A stretch of DNA of 63,923 nucleotides, counting the filler, from Olpidium bornovanus S191 (taxonomy: Eukaryota > Fungi > Olpidiomycota): assembly GCA_017911155.1 (NCBI GenBank). It is 32 parts of 32 records of this genome, joined end to end, with 100 filler letters (N's around TTAATTAATTAA, not from the genome) between each part and the next. Parts side by side here need not be neighbours in the genome. Positions count along the whole stretch, not along the records: positions 11,138 to 14,660 come from JAEFCI010012176.1; positions 14,761 to 16,276 come from JAEFCI010005161.1; positions 16,377 to 17,936 come from JAEFCI010003444.1; positions 18,037 to 21,312 come from JAEFCI010005543.1; positions 21,413 to 22,853 come from JAEFCI010003692.1; 27 more parts are not named here. The stretch is one strand, 5' to 3'. Shown one piece after another: positions 11,164 through 21,704 of the stretch. Below the pieces are notes generated by a model. That model had not been told where the DNA came from, did not search any database, and saw only the letters and a program-made list of their open reading frames with translations. The first letter of the stretch is position 1, and each line of letters starts with the position of its first letter. The position numbers and the translations under genes were made by a program.

Positions 11164-12960
11164 TCAAGTGGCTTCGGATGTACTGGAGTCTACCACCGAG
11201 GCCACCGGGGGCGCGGATAAAACGGACGGGGCCCCAGGCGCTGACCCTGTGCCGCATGCTTCGTCCTCGTCGTCGTGAAGACCGGTCGTTCCGGTCGCCG
11301 CCGCACTGGCCGGCTGCGAGAGCAGGGGATGCGCAAGCGCCAGGCCGCTCCTGTCTGCCGCCGGCGGCGGCTCCGGCCGGCTGTACTTCGCCGCCAGTTG
11401 GGCAAAAGACAGCCTTTCCCTCGGGTCGCGCACGCGCGGCGACGGCGAGCGGTAACACTTCTCCCGCTTCTCCCGCCTGCCGGAGAATTCGCCGTCGTCT
11501 TCGCCGGCGCCGCCGCCGTGATCGCCCGATGCTCCGGCGTGCGCCCTTTTCGTCCTTCCGCCGGAGACGTTCATTTTCGCGAACAATCTCTCGAGGCCGC
11601 CCACGTCCCGGGGGCGGCTTTCGCCTGGGGAGAGGAAGCTCGCGAACGACGTTCTCGCCTTGTCTACACCTGCGTCCGACTCCCTCTTCTTCGCGAAGAC
11701 GAAAAGCTGCTTCTCCCCTTCGTGCCGCCACGCGACACCGACTACGGGCACGAGCATCGCGTCGAGCGCGAACCCGGCGGCCGTTTGACGGGGCAGGTTC
11801 GAAAGTGGCGTCGATGCCGGGCCAGCCGACGCGACATATATTTTCTGGAACGCCTTCATGGTGAGCGCGATCTGGTAGTGCCCGCTGCCGCAAGGCTCCG
11901 TCCTGTACACCGGGCGCTGCAGGCCGGTCAACATGCACAGCGTCTCGAGCGCGAGCTCCATTTCGCCAGACTTCACCGCGGACCAGAAGCTGGCAGATTC
12001 GGCTAGCAGCGGCAGCAGGCGCTCCGGGAGCGGAAACTTGTCGAACGGCAGTGATTCGTCCCCCGGAGGGTTCCGGTACGTACCGCCGCCTCGTGCCCGC
12101 TGCTTGTAGCTGCACCTGCGGCGGGGGTCTTTGGGATCCCCCGACGAGCCTTCCCGGAACGCGGGCCACGAGCCGCTAAGGAGAGCCGCGTATACCGCCG
12201 GAGCGGCCCACGCGGGGGGGCTGTCGGGGAAGCGGGGGCCCGTTGCGACGCCAACGTCGTCCTTTTCGCTCCCCGCATACTCGTCGCAGTCGAACGCGGC
12301 GCTCGACAAGAACGCCATGCCGCCCCCCCGCTCTCCTGAGCTCGACGGCGTTATCTGGCGCCGGCGAGCCGGGGGGTTCGAGGGCGGCGTGAGCGGCGGG
12401 GTCTCCGAAGGCGTGGTCGGCGGCGGGGGAGTGTTGGCCGTGGCTTCTGCAAGGTCCGCGTAGGCGTTCCCACTCGAACGAGACGCTTCACCGCCTCCCG
12501 CTCCGGCGGCCGCCGACGCCGCCATGTAAAAGTCGGAGTCCTCGCTGCCGACGTCTTCTCCTCCGCCGTCGCCCGGGTCTGCTGCTCCTCGTCGCCCTCG
12601 ACGCCGTCGTCCCCCTGCAGCATCTCCTCCTCCTCCTTCTCCTCCTCCTCCTCGTCCTCCTCCTCCTCCTCCTCCGCCTGCCCCTCCTGCTCCTCCTGCT
12701 CCTCCATCTTCCCCTCCGTCTCCTCCTCCTCCTCTTCCTGTTTGCGCGAACGGGGCGCCGCCTTCCTCGACCGGCGAGAGCAGCATGCCGGGATGGAACA
12801 AGGCCAGCGGCGTTGTGTGCGGAGTAGAAATAAGTAAGACGCGTTGCAGCCCGACGCAGGTGACCCACCGGCCCGCCGGGGCAGGCCGCAAACGGGAACA
12901 GGCGCGGCTGACAACGGAGGGTGCCGCTGCTGGTTGCTCAAAGGATCGAGGCGGGAACAA
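11164..12960 (-). CDS. Low-complexity protein with a putative dsRNA-binding motif (11752-11961)
   Basis: 598-aa ORF. ELALETLCMLTGLQRPVYRTEPCGSGHYQIALTMK...PRQTAAGFALDAML fits the dsRBM pattern L.E.C.....P.Y....G..(F/Y)...A.Q.AA..AL..L. The N-terminus and start are uncertain. Confidence 0.45.
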   Translation of the reverse strand: MFPPRSFEQPAAAPSVVSRACSRLRPAPAGRWVTCVGLQRVLLISTPHTTPLALFHPGMLLSPVEEGGAPFAQTGRGGGGDGGEDGGAGGAGGAGGGGGGGGRGGGGEGGGGDAAGGRRRRGRRGAADPGDGGGEDVGSEDSDFYMAASAAAGAGGGEASRSSGNAYADLAEATANTPPPPTTPSETPPLTPPSNPPARRRQITPSSSGERGGGMAFLSSAAFDCDEYAGSEKDDVGVATGPRFPDSPPAWAAPAVYAALLSGSWPAFREGSSGDPKDPRRRCSYKQRARGGGTYRNPPGDESLPFDKFPLPERLLPLLAESASFWSAVKSGEMELALETLCMLTGLQRPVYRTEPCGSGHYQIALTMKAFQKIYVASAGPASTPLSNLPRQTAAGFALDAMLVPVVGVAWRHEGEKQLFVFAKKRESDAGVDKARTSFASFLSPGESRPRDVGGLERLFAKMNVSGGRTKRAHAGASGDHGGGAGEDDGEFSGRREKREKCYRSPSPRVRDPRERLSFAQLAAKYSRPEPPPAADRSGLALAHPLLSQPASAAATGTTGLHDDEDEACGTGSAPGAPSVLSAPPVASVVDSSTSEAT

Positions 12961-13129
12961 GGAAAGCGGCGAGTCAAGATGAGCAGTCGTAAGGAGAAGC
13001 GATGCAGGCCTTGCCTCAGAAGGTTCTTCAAACGACGCGGATTGCAGACGCGAAAGGCCTGGAGTGGAGAAGAAGAAACACGGGGAAGAATCCGCAAATG
13101 CCCCCGTGATTCAGCGGGATCTGTGCAGC

Positions 13130-13400
13130 GTAATGTCTAAGATACGTGGGATTATGGATTCCAGGCGCTTCAAAGCGCGCGGTTCAATAATCATCGGGGA
13201 CTCGGGTGCTTCTGAACGCGTGATCAATCATCAGCAGATTTGTTGGGCCAGGCGTGGATACCGAACAATTCCGACGAAAACCTTTTCTCGGCAACCGGCA
13301 ACCCGCGGCGGCGGACGTAACGCCAAAGTCCGAAGTGCGCGGGGTTTCCTGCTCGCTACGGGACCTTTATCAGCGTGGGCAACGCATTGCTCGTGCCGGC
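13130..13400 (+). mobile_element. Possible degenerate copia protease fragment
   Basis: IIIGDSGASERVINH resembles the copia aspartic protease W.(L/I)DSGAS.H motif. Downstream similarity is weak. Confidence 0.3.
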
Positions 13401-14134
13401 CTTGCGTGCGGGCCTTGGTCTCGTCAAGGAGCTGCGGATCAGAGCGATTCAACTTGCAAATTGCCTCTGGAAAAAGAAACGCCCAGATCGCACTTGGAAA
13501 AGAACAGACACCCGCTAGAAGACGCCCCCTGCTCTCCTCTCCTCCCCTTTGCTTTCTGCTCCCAAGCGCAGAGAAGGAGAGAGAGTGACAGAGAGAGAAA
13601 GAGACCGCACGTGCGTGCGTGTGCGCGTTGTCTCGCACGCGTCTGCGTGCGCTTGCCAGGGCGGGGAAGAAGCGGAGTTCCCCGCGCTCCCTTTCCATCA
13701 TCGACCGGCCCGACATCTCATGGGTGCCCCCGCGCCGCCGGCCACGGAGCTGGAAGCCCGCCTGCGGCGTCGGCTGCTGCCTCTCGCAAAGGACGCCTCC
13801 TTCACAGAGAGATACCAGCGCCCCGAAACGCGACCCCGGCCCTTTGCGCACTGCGGCACCCGCCGCCCTGTTACCTATCGCCCTCCGCAAGTCACTCCGG
13901 AGATCGCCAGGCGATATCGACAAGTGGTCGGTCACTCGCGACGAGCGCACCTGACGGCCCCGCGCGGAGGTGCGGGGAGGCGGGGTGGGGGACGGAGGGG
14001 GATGGGATACACTTCCGTAACCGTTGCCCCAAAAAAATCACTTGGATCGCGGCGGACTCGGCCGGGCTGACCGAACATAACCCGCAGACGTAACAGCCCG
14101 TGAACGACAGCGCGCCGCAGGCGGCGAGCAGTTT

Positions 14135-14660
14135 CCGAAGCAGGAGGAGGACAGCGGCGCCGCGGTAGCGCGCCGGATCTCCGCGCAGATCGAAGGCCTT
14201 GTCCGCAAGCTCGCCGCGGATGCGCAGCCGGCTGCCGCGCAGGCGTTGCGCGAGTCGGGAAGTCAGGCGACGCAATCGCAGGGCGGCGCCGCCGAACGCG
14301 AGCGAGCGGCGGAGGTCCTGCGCCAGCTGCGACACAATTTTCGGCAGCTGCTGGCGTTACCGCACCGTTCGGTTTGTTGTCATCGATTTTCGCCCTCGTC
14401 GAAGAAACGGCGAAACCTTTACGGTGTTCTGAGACGCGCGCCGGCTCTTCTCCACGCAGGTGAAGCTGGCGCGTTTTTCGTTGTCATGGGATCTTCTCCC
14501 AGAAGGGTGCCTTCTGGACTTGGTAGAAGAGGCCACAAAATCTGAAAACATCCCTACTCGGAACTTCGAATGGCTGCTGGAGGGCGCGGTGATTCCACTG
14601 GTGATGATCCTTTCGCGGCATTTTCTGGAATTCCCCTGCTTCCAACGGGAATTTCTCATG
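14135..14660 (+). CDS. Hypothetical spliced coding fragment
   Basis: Helical-looking frame RISAQIEGLVRKLAADAQ...EVLRQLRHNFRQLLALPHR, then a CAG acceptor at about 14459 and VKLARFSLSWDLLPEGCLLDLVEE. No family recognised. Confidence 0.3.
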
Positions 14661-15595
14661 NNNNNNNNNNNNNNNNNNNNNNNNNNNNNNNNNNNNNNNN
14701 NNNNTTAATTAATTAANNNNNNNNNNNNNNNNNNNNNNNNNNNNNNNNNNNNNNNNNNNNGGGGGGGGGGGGGGGGGGGGGAACAAGCAGGATTTTTCAC
14801 GTGCCCCGGCGTTTCACTCAGTACACGGCGCTTTCCCGAAAGCAAGGTGCGGGCCCGAACGTACGACACGGCAGGGTTTCAACGCCGCATTCTTTTACCT
14901 CGATCGACGTCGTCGCTGAGGTTGTCGGCCAACGTCAGATTGCCTTCCCTGGAGTGGTACGATCGAGCGAGTCCCAAGCACCTTTCGCTGCCGCTCTGAG
15001 AAGAGTTCGGAGACAACGGCGGATTCGGGTTGAGCGGAGAGGGCCGTTTCGGGTTCGTGTTCTCCTGAAACTTGAAGGGCAGAGCGGGAGCCGGAGTCGG
15101 GAGCTTCGGCGACGTGGGAGGCGAGACTCCGCGGTCGGACGCTCGCCAGGAGCCGGACCGGCTCATGGTCAGATCGGCGGCGGCGGCGGCGGCGGGACGG
15201 AACAAGGAACGGCGAGCGGCAAGCCGAGATCACCGCGCGGAGAAGGCCCCGTTGGCCAGCTCCCCCACGACCGCGAAGGTGCGGGCGGTGCGGCCGGCAC
15301 ACACAGGCGTAAGCGGGCGGCTATCTGCGGACGTGTTGTTGCTTCGCGCCCACGACATGCGCAGGGGGTCGAGGAGACGAGCGCCCGACGCGGCCAAGGC
15401 CTTTACCGGGGCGCAACGGGGACGGGGCGATCTCTGGGTGCGTTCGCTGGCGGTGAGAGGGTGGGGGGAGAGGCGCGGGGAGGGTGCGGAGGAAAAGCTG
15501 CGTAAGGCGTGAGGAAGGAGAGGGGCGGCTTTGCACTGACGCGGGAGAAAGGGGCCGGTGAGATGCGGCGGGGGGCCAGAGATCGCGCGGGGGAT

Positions 15596-15637
<42 letters not shown>

Positions 15638-15642
15638 CGGGG

Positions 15643-15689
<47 letters not shown>

Positions 15690-15786
15690 CCGGGTGGTGG
15701 GGGGGGGAAGAGGGGGGAACCCGGAAGGATGGCGGCGATAAGCGGCCAAAACTAACCTGGATGCTGGCCGCCGGTCTGGCGGACGA

Positions 15787-15870
15787 GTGCGCATGACGTC
15801 AACACCCAGCGAACGGTCGCACGGAAGGGTGCGCATGACATCAACACCCAGGGAACGGCCGGGCGGAAGG
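15787..15870. repeat. Two-copy 42-bp direct repeat; first copy contains a TGACGTCA palindrome
   Basis: GTGCGCATGAC(G/A)TCAACACCCAG(C/G)GAACGG... at 15787 and 15829. Confidence 0.8.
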
Positions 15871-16381
15871 CAAAAACGATTTTGGAGCAGAGACGGGGGG
15901 GGGAGGGGTACAAGCGCGGCTGATATTTCTCGAAGCAGGCGATCGGATTAAAAACGGCGCACCATTTTTATTTTTGAAGCCGAATGCATACTTTTTCGGC
16001 ACAAAGTGTCTTGGATACCAACTGTGTCATTCGCACTATAAAATTTCAGGTGGATTTGGAAGTCAAATGTGAAGGCAGATTTTGAAGATTTTTTGACATT
16101 CGGCATAATACATCTTCTGTTCTGCTTTTTTTTTGTTTTTTCAATGTTCTATCTGAATGGACAGAACCAGCCGTACTGGACGCCCCGTTGCTATCGTCAA
16201 GTGCATTGACGGATAAGAGAGCAGACGGATAAGCCGGATAAGAGAGCAGAGCCCGCCTCCGACGCGCGGGAAAAAANNNNNNNNNNNNNNNNNNNNNNNN
16301 NNNNNNNNNNNNNNNNNNNNTTAATTAATTAANNNNNNNNNNNNNNNNNNNNNNNNNNNNNNNNNNNNNNNNNNNNAGTGC

Positions 16382-17040
16382 AAGCCCGCCGAGACACGCT
16401 ACGGCACCCACGAGCGTGAACTCCTTGCACTCCTCGAGCTCCTTCGGATCGGCTGACCCTACGTCGAAGGCCGCCCGTTCACCGCCAAGACCGACCATCA
16501 AGCTCTGAAGTGGCTCCAGACCCAGCCGCAGCTCTCCAGGCGGCAGGTCGCCTGGATTGAGCGTCTTCAGAGCTTCGATATGACCATTGAGTACTTGCCG
16601 GGGCGACAGAACCAGCTCGCCGACATCTTTACCTTGATGACCTGATCATTTACTCACGATCGTTTGAACAACACCTCGTCGATCTTTGCAGCGTCTTCGA
16701 TCGTCTTAACGAAGTTGGCTTGCGCATGAAAGCGAAGAAGTGCTCGTCCGTTTGTTGCGCTGACGTTATAAATCTTGGCCACCTTGTTTCGCCCGATGGC
16801 ATTCGCCCAGATCCACGAAAAGTTGCTGCTGTCGCTGATTGGCCGACTCCGTCCTCCGTGGCCGCCGTCCAGTGTTTTCTTGGGCTTGCGTCGTATTATC
16901 GCAAGTTCATCGACCGTTTTGCTTCGATTGCACCCCCGTTATATACACTTACGCGCCCGTCTATTCCGTTTCGATGGACCGCCGATGAGTCCAACGCATT
17001 CAAAACGTTGAAGACTCGACTGTTGGGCATATCGGCGTAG
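16382..17040 (+). mobile_element. Ty3/gypsy pol fragments: RNase H (16382-16627) fused in frame to the RT YLDD/thumb region (16628-17040)
   Basis: KPAETRYGTHERELLA...TDHQALKWL...LSRRQVAWIERLQSFDMTIEYLPGRQNQLADI, then FYLDDLIIYSRSFEQHL...LGHLVSPDGIRPDPRKV..V.DWPTP...FLGLASYYRKFI. One in-frame TGA at about 16454. Confidence 0.9.
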
Positions 17041-17054
17041 TCGGAACCCCTCAA

Positions 17055-17150
17055 TGTTAGAGTATAGTAAACAGGAGTCTCCCCGTCCTTCCACCTGCGC
17101 GCCTCGTTCGCTCAACAATAAACAAACGGTTCACAACAGGTTATGAGCCC
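17055..17150 (+). mobile_element. Candidate 84-bp LTR (TGTTA...CAACA, 17055-17138) with PBS GGTTATGAGCCC (17139-17150)
   Basis: TGTT/AACA inverted termini, internal TATAGTAAA and AATAAA, PBS directly abutting the CA end. Confidence 0.55.
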
Positions 17151-17257
17151 AAGGGCGCCCTGCCCGTGAGCCCGACCTTCATGACCTTCCCCAGCACGCT
17201 CCATCATCCTTCAAAGAGAGAGCTCGCGCCGTCCGTTGGCGCCTGCCGGAGGAAGCA

Positions 17258-17445
17258 GCGCGCGTCATCCGTTGGTGCCGCCGCCGAGAGCCGAGTCAAG
17301 CCGCGCGCCATCCGTTGGGGCCGCCGCTGAGGACCGAGTCGAGCCGCGCGCCATCCGTTGGGGCCGCCGCTGAGGACCGAGTCGAGCCGCGTGCCATTCG
17401 TTGGCGCCGCCGCTGAGGACCGAGTCGAACCGCACGCCATCCGTC
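17258..17445. repeat. 43-bp tandem repeat (about 4.5 copies) in the leader downstream of the PBS
   Basis: CCGCGCGCCATCCGTTGGGGCCGCCGCTGAGGACCGAGTCGAG units start at 17258, 17301, 17344, 17387 and 17430. A further ~36-bp duplication sits at 17659/17695. Confidence 0.9.
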
Positions 17446-19315
17446 AGCGCAGCAGAAAAGGAACGCCCGCGCCGTTCGTCGGCGCCGAGCCGCGCGCCAT
17501 CCGCAGAGAAGGAGCGCCGCCGCCGCGTGCAGAAGGAGAACCGCGCGCAGAAGCAGAACCGTGCGCAGAAGGAGAGAAAAAGGAAGGAGCAAAGGAGAAG
17601 GAGCGCGCCGTTCGTCGGCGCAGCAGAAGGAAGGAGCGCGCTATCGCCATCGTCGTCGACCGCGCACCGTCGCCATCCGTCGCCATAGTCGTCAACCGCG
17701 CACCGTCGCCATCCGTCGGCACCGTCAGCGCGCCGTCGCCATCCGACAGACAGACAAAGGCAAGACTGCCTCGCCCCCGCTGCCCTTTAAGAAGGGAGTG
17801 GGGCCACCGGCAAGTGCTTGAAACTCGAAACTCGCAGAAAGGGCGGGAGAAAGGAACAACTCCCACTCACGTGTTTTTCTTTTTTTCCTTGCAAGCAACC
17901 ATGGACAACCATTCGGCCTTGCGCGGGGCTCGTCTCNNNNNNNNNNNNNNNNNNNNNNNNNNNNNNNNNNNNNNNNNNNNTTAATTAATTAANNNNNNNN
18001 NNNNNNNNNNNNNNNNNNNNNNNNNNNNNNNNNNNNCCAAAAAAAAAAAAAAAAAAAAAAAAAAAAACATCGAGAAGGTCAAGAAACCACCCCGGGCCCG
18101 CCCGCCGCCCCTGCTGGCCCCGCTTCCCCTCCCTTCCCTCGTCGCAACCAGCCCTCCCCGTTTCTCTCCGCCTCGCGCTCTCTCCAAAAACCCCCCGCCC
18201 GACGCCGGAACTGCCCGACAATAAGGAACACGCCGGCCGGCGCCCCCGTCATTTGCGGACTGGTGTGCGCCCAGGTGTACCGGTCCGTCCGCCCGGTCAC
18301 CGGCGAACGGACGAGGTATGCGCCTTCGGTTTGCCCCCCTTTCCCCCCTCTCTTCCACCCCCCGCCCCCACCCCGCCCTCCACACGCACACACACACACC
18401 ACACACACACACACACACACATCCACCGACCGGCCGAGGAGTGAAAGGGGGTGGGGAGGTAGGGGGGGGGAAGGGAGAGTGGAAGGGCGATGGGGAGTCT
18501 TTCCCGGCGGAGTTTTCATTTGAGCGCAAGCGCTGCTGGGTGTTGGTCCGCGAGCGAGGGACGAGGATGACAGATTGCCTTCTTAGCGGAACTCAAAAAG
18601 CAAGGCTGATACCGGTGCATCTGTTTTTCGGCCTTCGCTTCTTTCGTGCCTGCCCGGCCTGTGCCGCATGCTGTCCGTGCCCTCGTCTGCCCCCCGCTTC
18701 GGACCCCCCGCGTTACTGTTTTCTTTTGCTGGACGCGTCCGTGTCATTTCCAGAGCATCCAGACCTCGCGCAACAGCGTATGCGTGCGGCCCCCTTCGAG
18801 GAGGTAAAAGCCAGGCCTGCCTTTTGTCGGTAAGTACGACGGGTCTACGACGCTGCAGCGTAGAGTCGCCTGGGCGGCAGCTTTGCTTAAAGGGGGTCTT
18901 GAGTGGAAACGTTTGTCATTTCTCAAGCATGTGCATGCTGTTTTCCCGTCTTCGTCTTTCGCTTCCACGTCGCGGCGGTTGCGGCCACAGGTGCTCTCGG
19001 CGGTGCGGTATTTCAAAAGGAACGCGAAACAGAGAACGCGACAAAGGTGATCACAAAGCGCCGAACCTAGCGCGGTTTTGTAGTCCTCGGATACCACGAG
19101 AAAGGAATCAGAGAGAAGAAAAATGAAAATCCTCCTCAACTTCCCGCGCCCTTTCTGTTACTTCCCGCCCCGCCTCACGTTTGACTGGCTTTTCGCCGAC
19201 CACACCTGCGTCGTGCAGCAGCGCGACCGTCCCAGTCGCGGTATCGCCCGCGGCCCTTTAACCGCTACTTTCCTTGCACGGAACGGACAAGCGCAACTGG
19301 CAGTTCTCTGCTATC

Positions 19316-21312
19316 ATGGCCGATCGGAGGCATTCAGATGTAACACCTGGTGCTCTTCGGTCACCGCTCTTGGTAACGGACTCGGTTTTCGGCCCGGTGC
19401 CACATCGCCTCGAGAGGGAGCCCCGCCACTCCCCCGATCGTGCCTACGATCGGGATGCCGATCATGAGGCGTACTACCGCGCGCGCCGTAGGAGTCGCAG
19501 CGTAGAAAATGGTAAATTTTGCACAGCGCCGCGCTCTGCCACGTCACGCGTCTGGGGCAGCGGGTGTCTGTCTATTGACCTGTCGTCTAACACCGGTGCC
19601 CTGTTGAGATTAGGGCGTGCCTACAAGCGCCGTCGGTCGTATTCTCCTCCGTACGACGCACCACGAGCCCCGAGGGACCACATGTACCTTGATAGTCGGC
19701 GTGATCCATTCTTTCGGAGACCTCCATACTCTTTCCCCCCGGAGGCGTAAGATTGCGTGATGTTGTGTCGACCTGTTCCAGGAACAACCCGTGTTTCTCG
19801 GGTTAACATGGAGCCCGACGGATATCTTGCGACTTACAGGTATCCCGCTGGTCCACCGCCTATACTGGATCATGCAGTATCCTGGAATGGCGCGGGCATC
19901 CCGCGCGAAGCTCTCGAGGTTGCTGATCTGACCGATCTGGATTACTTGCTCAGTTATAAAGAGTTCTCCCATTACTTGGAAGTGATGGATGGATTTGTGC
20001 GGCCAGAGGAGGAGATGTCCCGGAGGTACACCATTTACAAAGAGAATTTCTTTGCGAAAGAAGCCAAGAAGTTCTTTGACGAGCACAAGGCGGAGGAGTG
20101 GTTCAAGGATAAGTACCATCCGATAGACCACCGTCCGTTCCGAGCAGAAACCTTCTCGCGTAGGCACAAGCTCCTTCCGGAATTTTTGAGGGTTTTGGAA
20201 CAAGGGACGATTGACGGTATCAGTTTCGACGAGCGAACGCCTGGTACGGCTACGTGTTGCAGATGTCGTGATATGGCCTTGCATAACTCTTACGATGTCG
20301 CGTTGTGTTACGCGATGAACAGCTAAGGATGATAAAAGAAAGGACCTTGGCTTACACAACGATGAGGTCACAGCCGCAGAAAATCCGCTTAACTGGATGA
20401 CGGAAGAATTAAGCAAGCGAACGCTGTTCATCAAGACTGTCCCGCTGTCGGTCAGCAGGAAGCACATTGAGGAGGAGGTTACTCGCGAACTGGGCGATAG
20501 GCTCGACTACATATCGTTCTCGGATCCGAACCCTCAGAAAAGGTTTTTCCGGCAAGCTTGGATTGTCGTTAAGGATGTGACAATGATGGATGATTCTTAC
20601 AGGACATTGGAAGGAATGAAGGTACCGTAATTTATCGTACCGGGAGGACGAGAAGATACGGTGGCGAGCTGCAGGTTTTTCTGATCCGCGGTTACGTCAC
20701 TTTTTCAGGTGGACGATGTCGTGTTTCATTTATCGAAACCGATTGAAAAGAAGGATATAATACGGCCCAGGTACGCTCCGGAATCCGCTGGGACCGAGAG
20801 GCAGCTCAAGGTCGATCTCGAACGGATAAGGACCATTGCGGAAATCCTGGAGCGCGAAGCGGATTTTACGGACGGCATTGCTTCGCGTGTGCTCGAGCGT
20901 GCGGAATCTGTCATCGCTGAAGCGAAGGCGAAGGAGACCGAAGAGACGAGTCCTGCCGACAAAATGAACCCGACGCTGGAGGGGGTCCGCCGTCTGCGCC
21001 TTCGTATTCGTTTGTGTTGTAATTTGGCTGACGCAAGTTTGTGGTTTTTTACGGGTTCACAGCTGAAAATAAAGGTAGACATGCTATCTGTTTACCTTCG
21101 CCATGTGCACATGTTTTGCTATTATTGCGGGCTGGAATCAGACTCCCTCGAGGAGTTGAACCGGAAATGCGGGCTGCATTACCGGAAGCGCCATGGTAGC
21201 GAGCCAGTTCCGAAGGAAAAGAACTGGCATAAGTACCACGATGGCAAACTTGAAGTCAAGATCTTGGGCGCCGACTTCGCGGTCGAGAAGATTGGCGGGA
21301 AGAACGTAGCGA
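19316..21312 (+). CDS. SRRT: SERRATE/ARS2 (Pir2) homologue, multi-exon, 3' partial
   Basis: RS-rich N-terminus, YKENFFAKEAKKFFDEHKAEEWFKDKYHP, RRM-like TLFIKTVP..SR..I...SFSDPNPQKRFFRQAWI, and DMLSVYLRHVHMFCYYCGLESDSLEELNRKCGLHYR. Confidence 0.9.
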
Positions 21313-21412
21313 NNNNNNNNNNNNNNNNNNNNNNNNNNNNNNNNNNNNNNNNNNNNTTAATTAATTAANNNNNNNNNNNNNNNNNNNNNNNNNNNNNNNN
21401 NNNNNNNNNNNN

Positions 21413-21527
<115 letters not shown>

Positions 21528-21704
21528 GGGGGGAGGAGGAGGGTTCGGGCGCCGAGGAAGCGGGGGAAGGGCGGAGCGTTTCTCGGCGAGGGCTTTTTGA
21601 CGAGTTTTTTGACGCGGCGGGTTGGGGGGGTGGGTGTAGAGAATAAAGGGGCAAAATAAAGGGGGAAGCTTAGACGCTGCGTGCACCAGCCCGCGTTGCC
21701 CCTT

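Noticed and set aside
18900-19030. Ankyrin-like LLKY...DVEAKDEDGKTA on the minus strand
   Set aside because: It is a single partial motif with no TPLH helix or second repeat, and it lies in the upstream region of SRRT.
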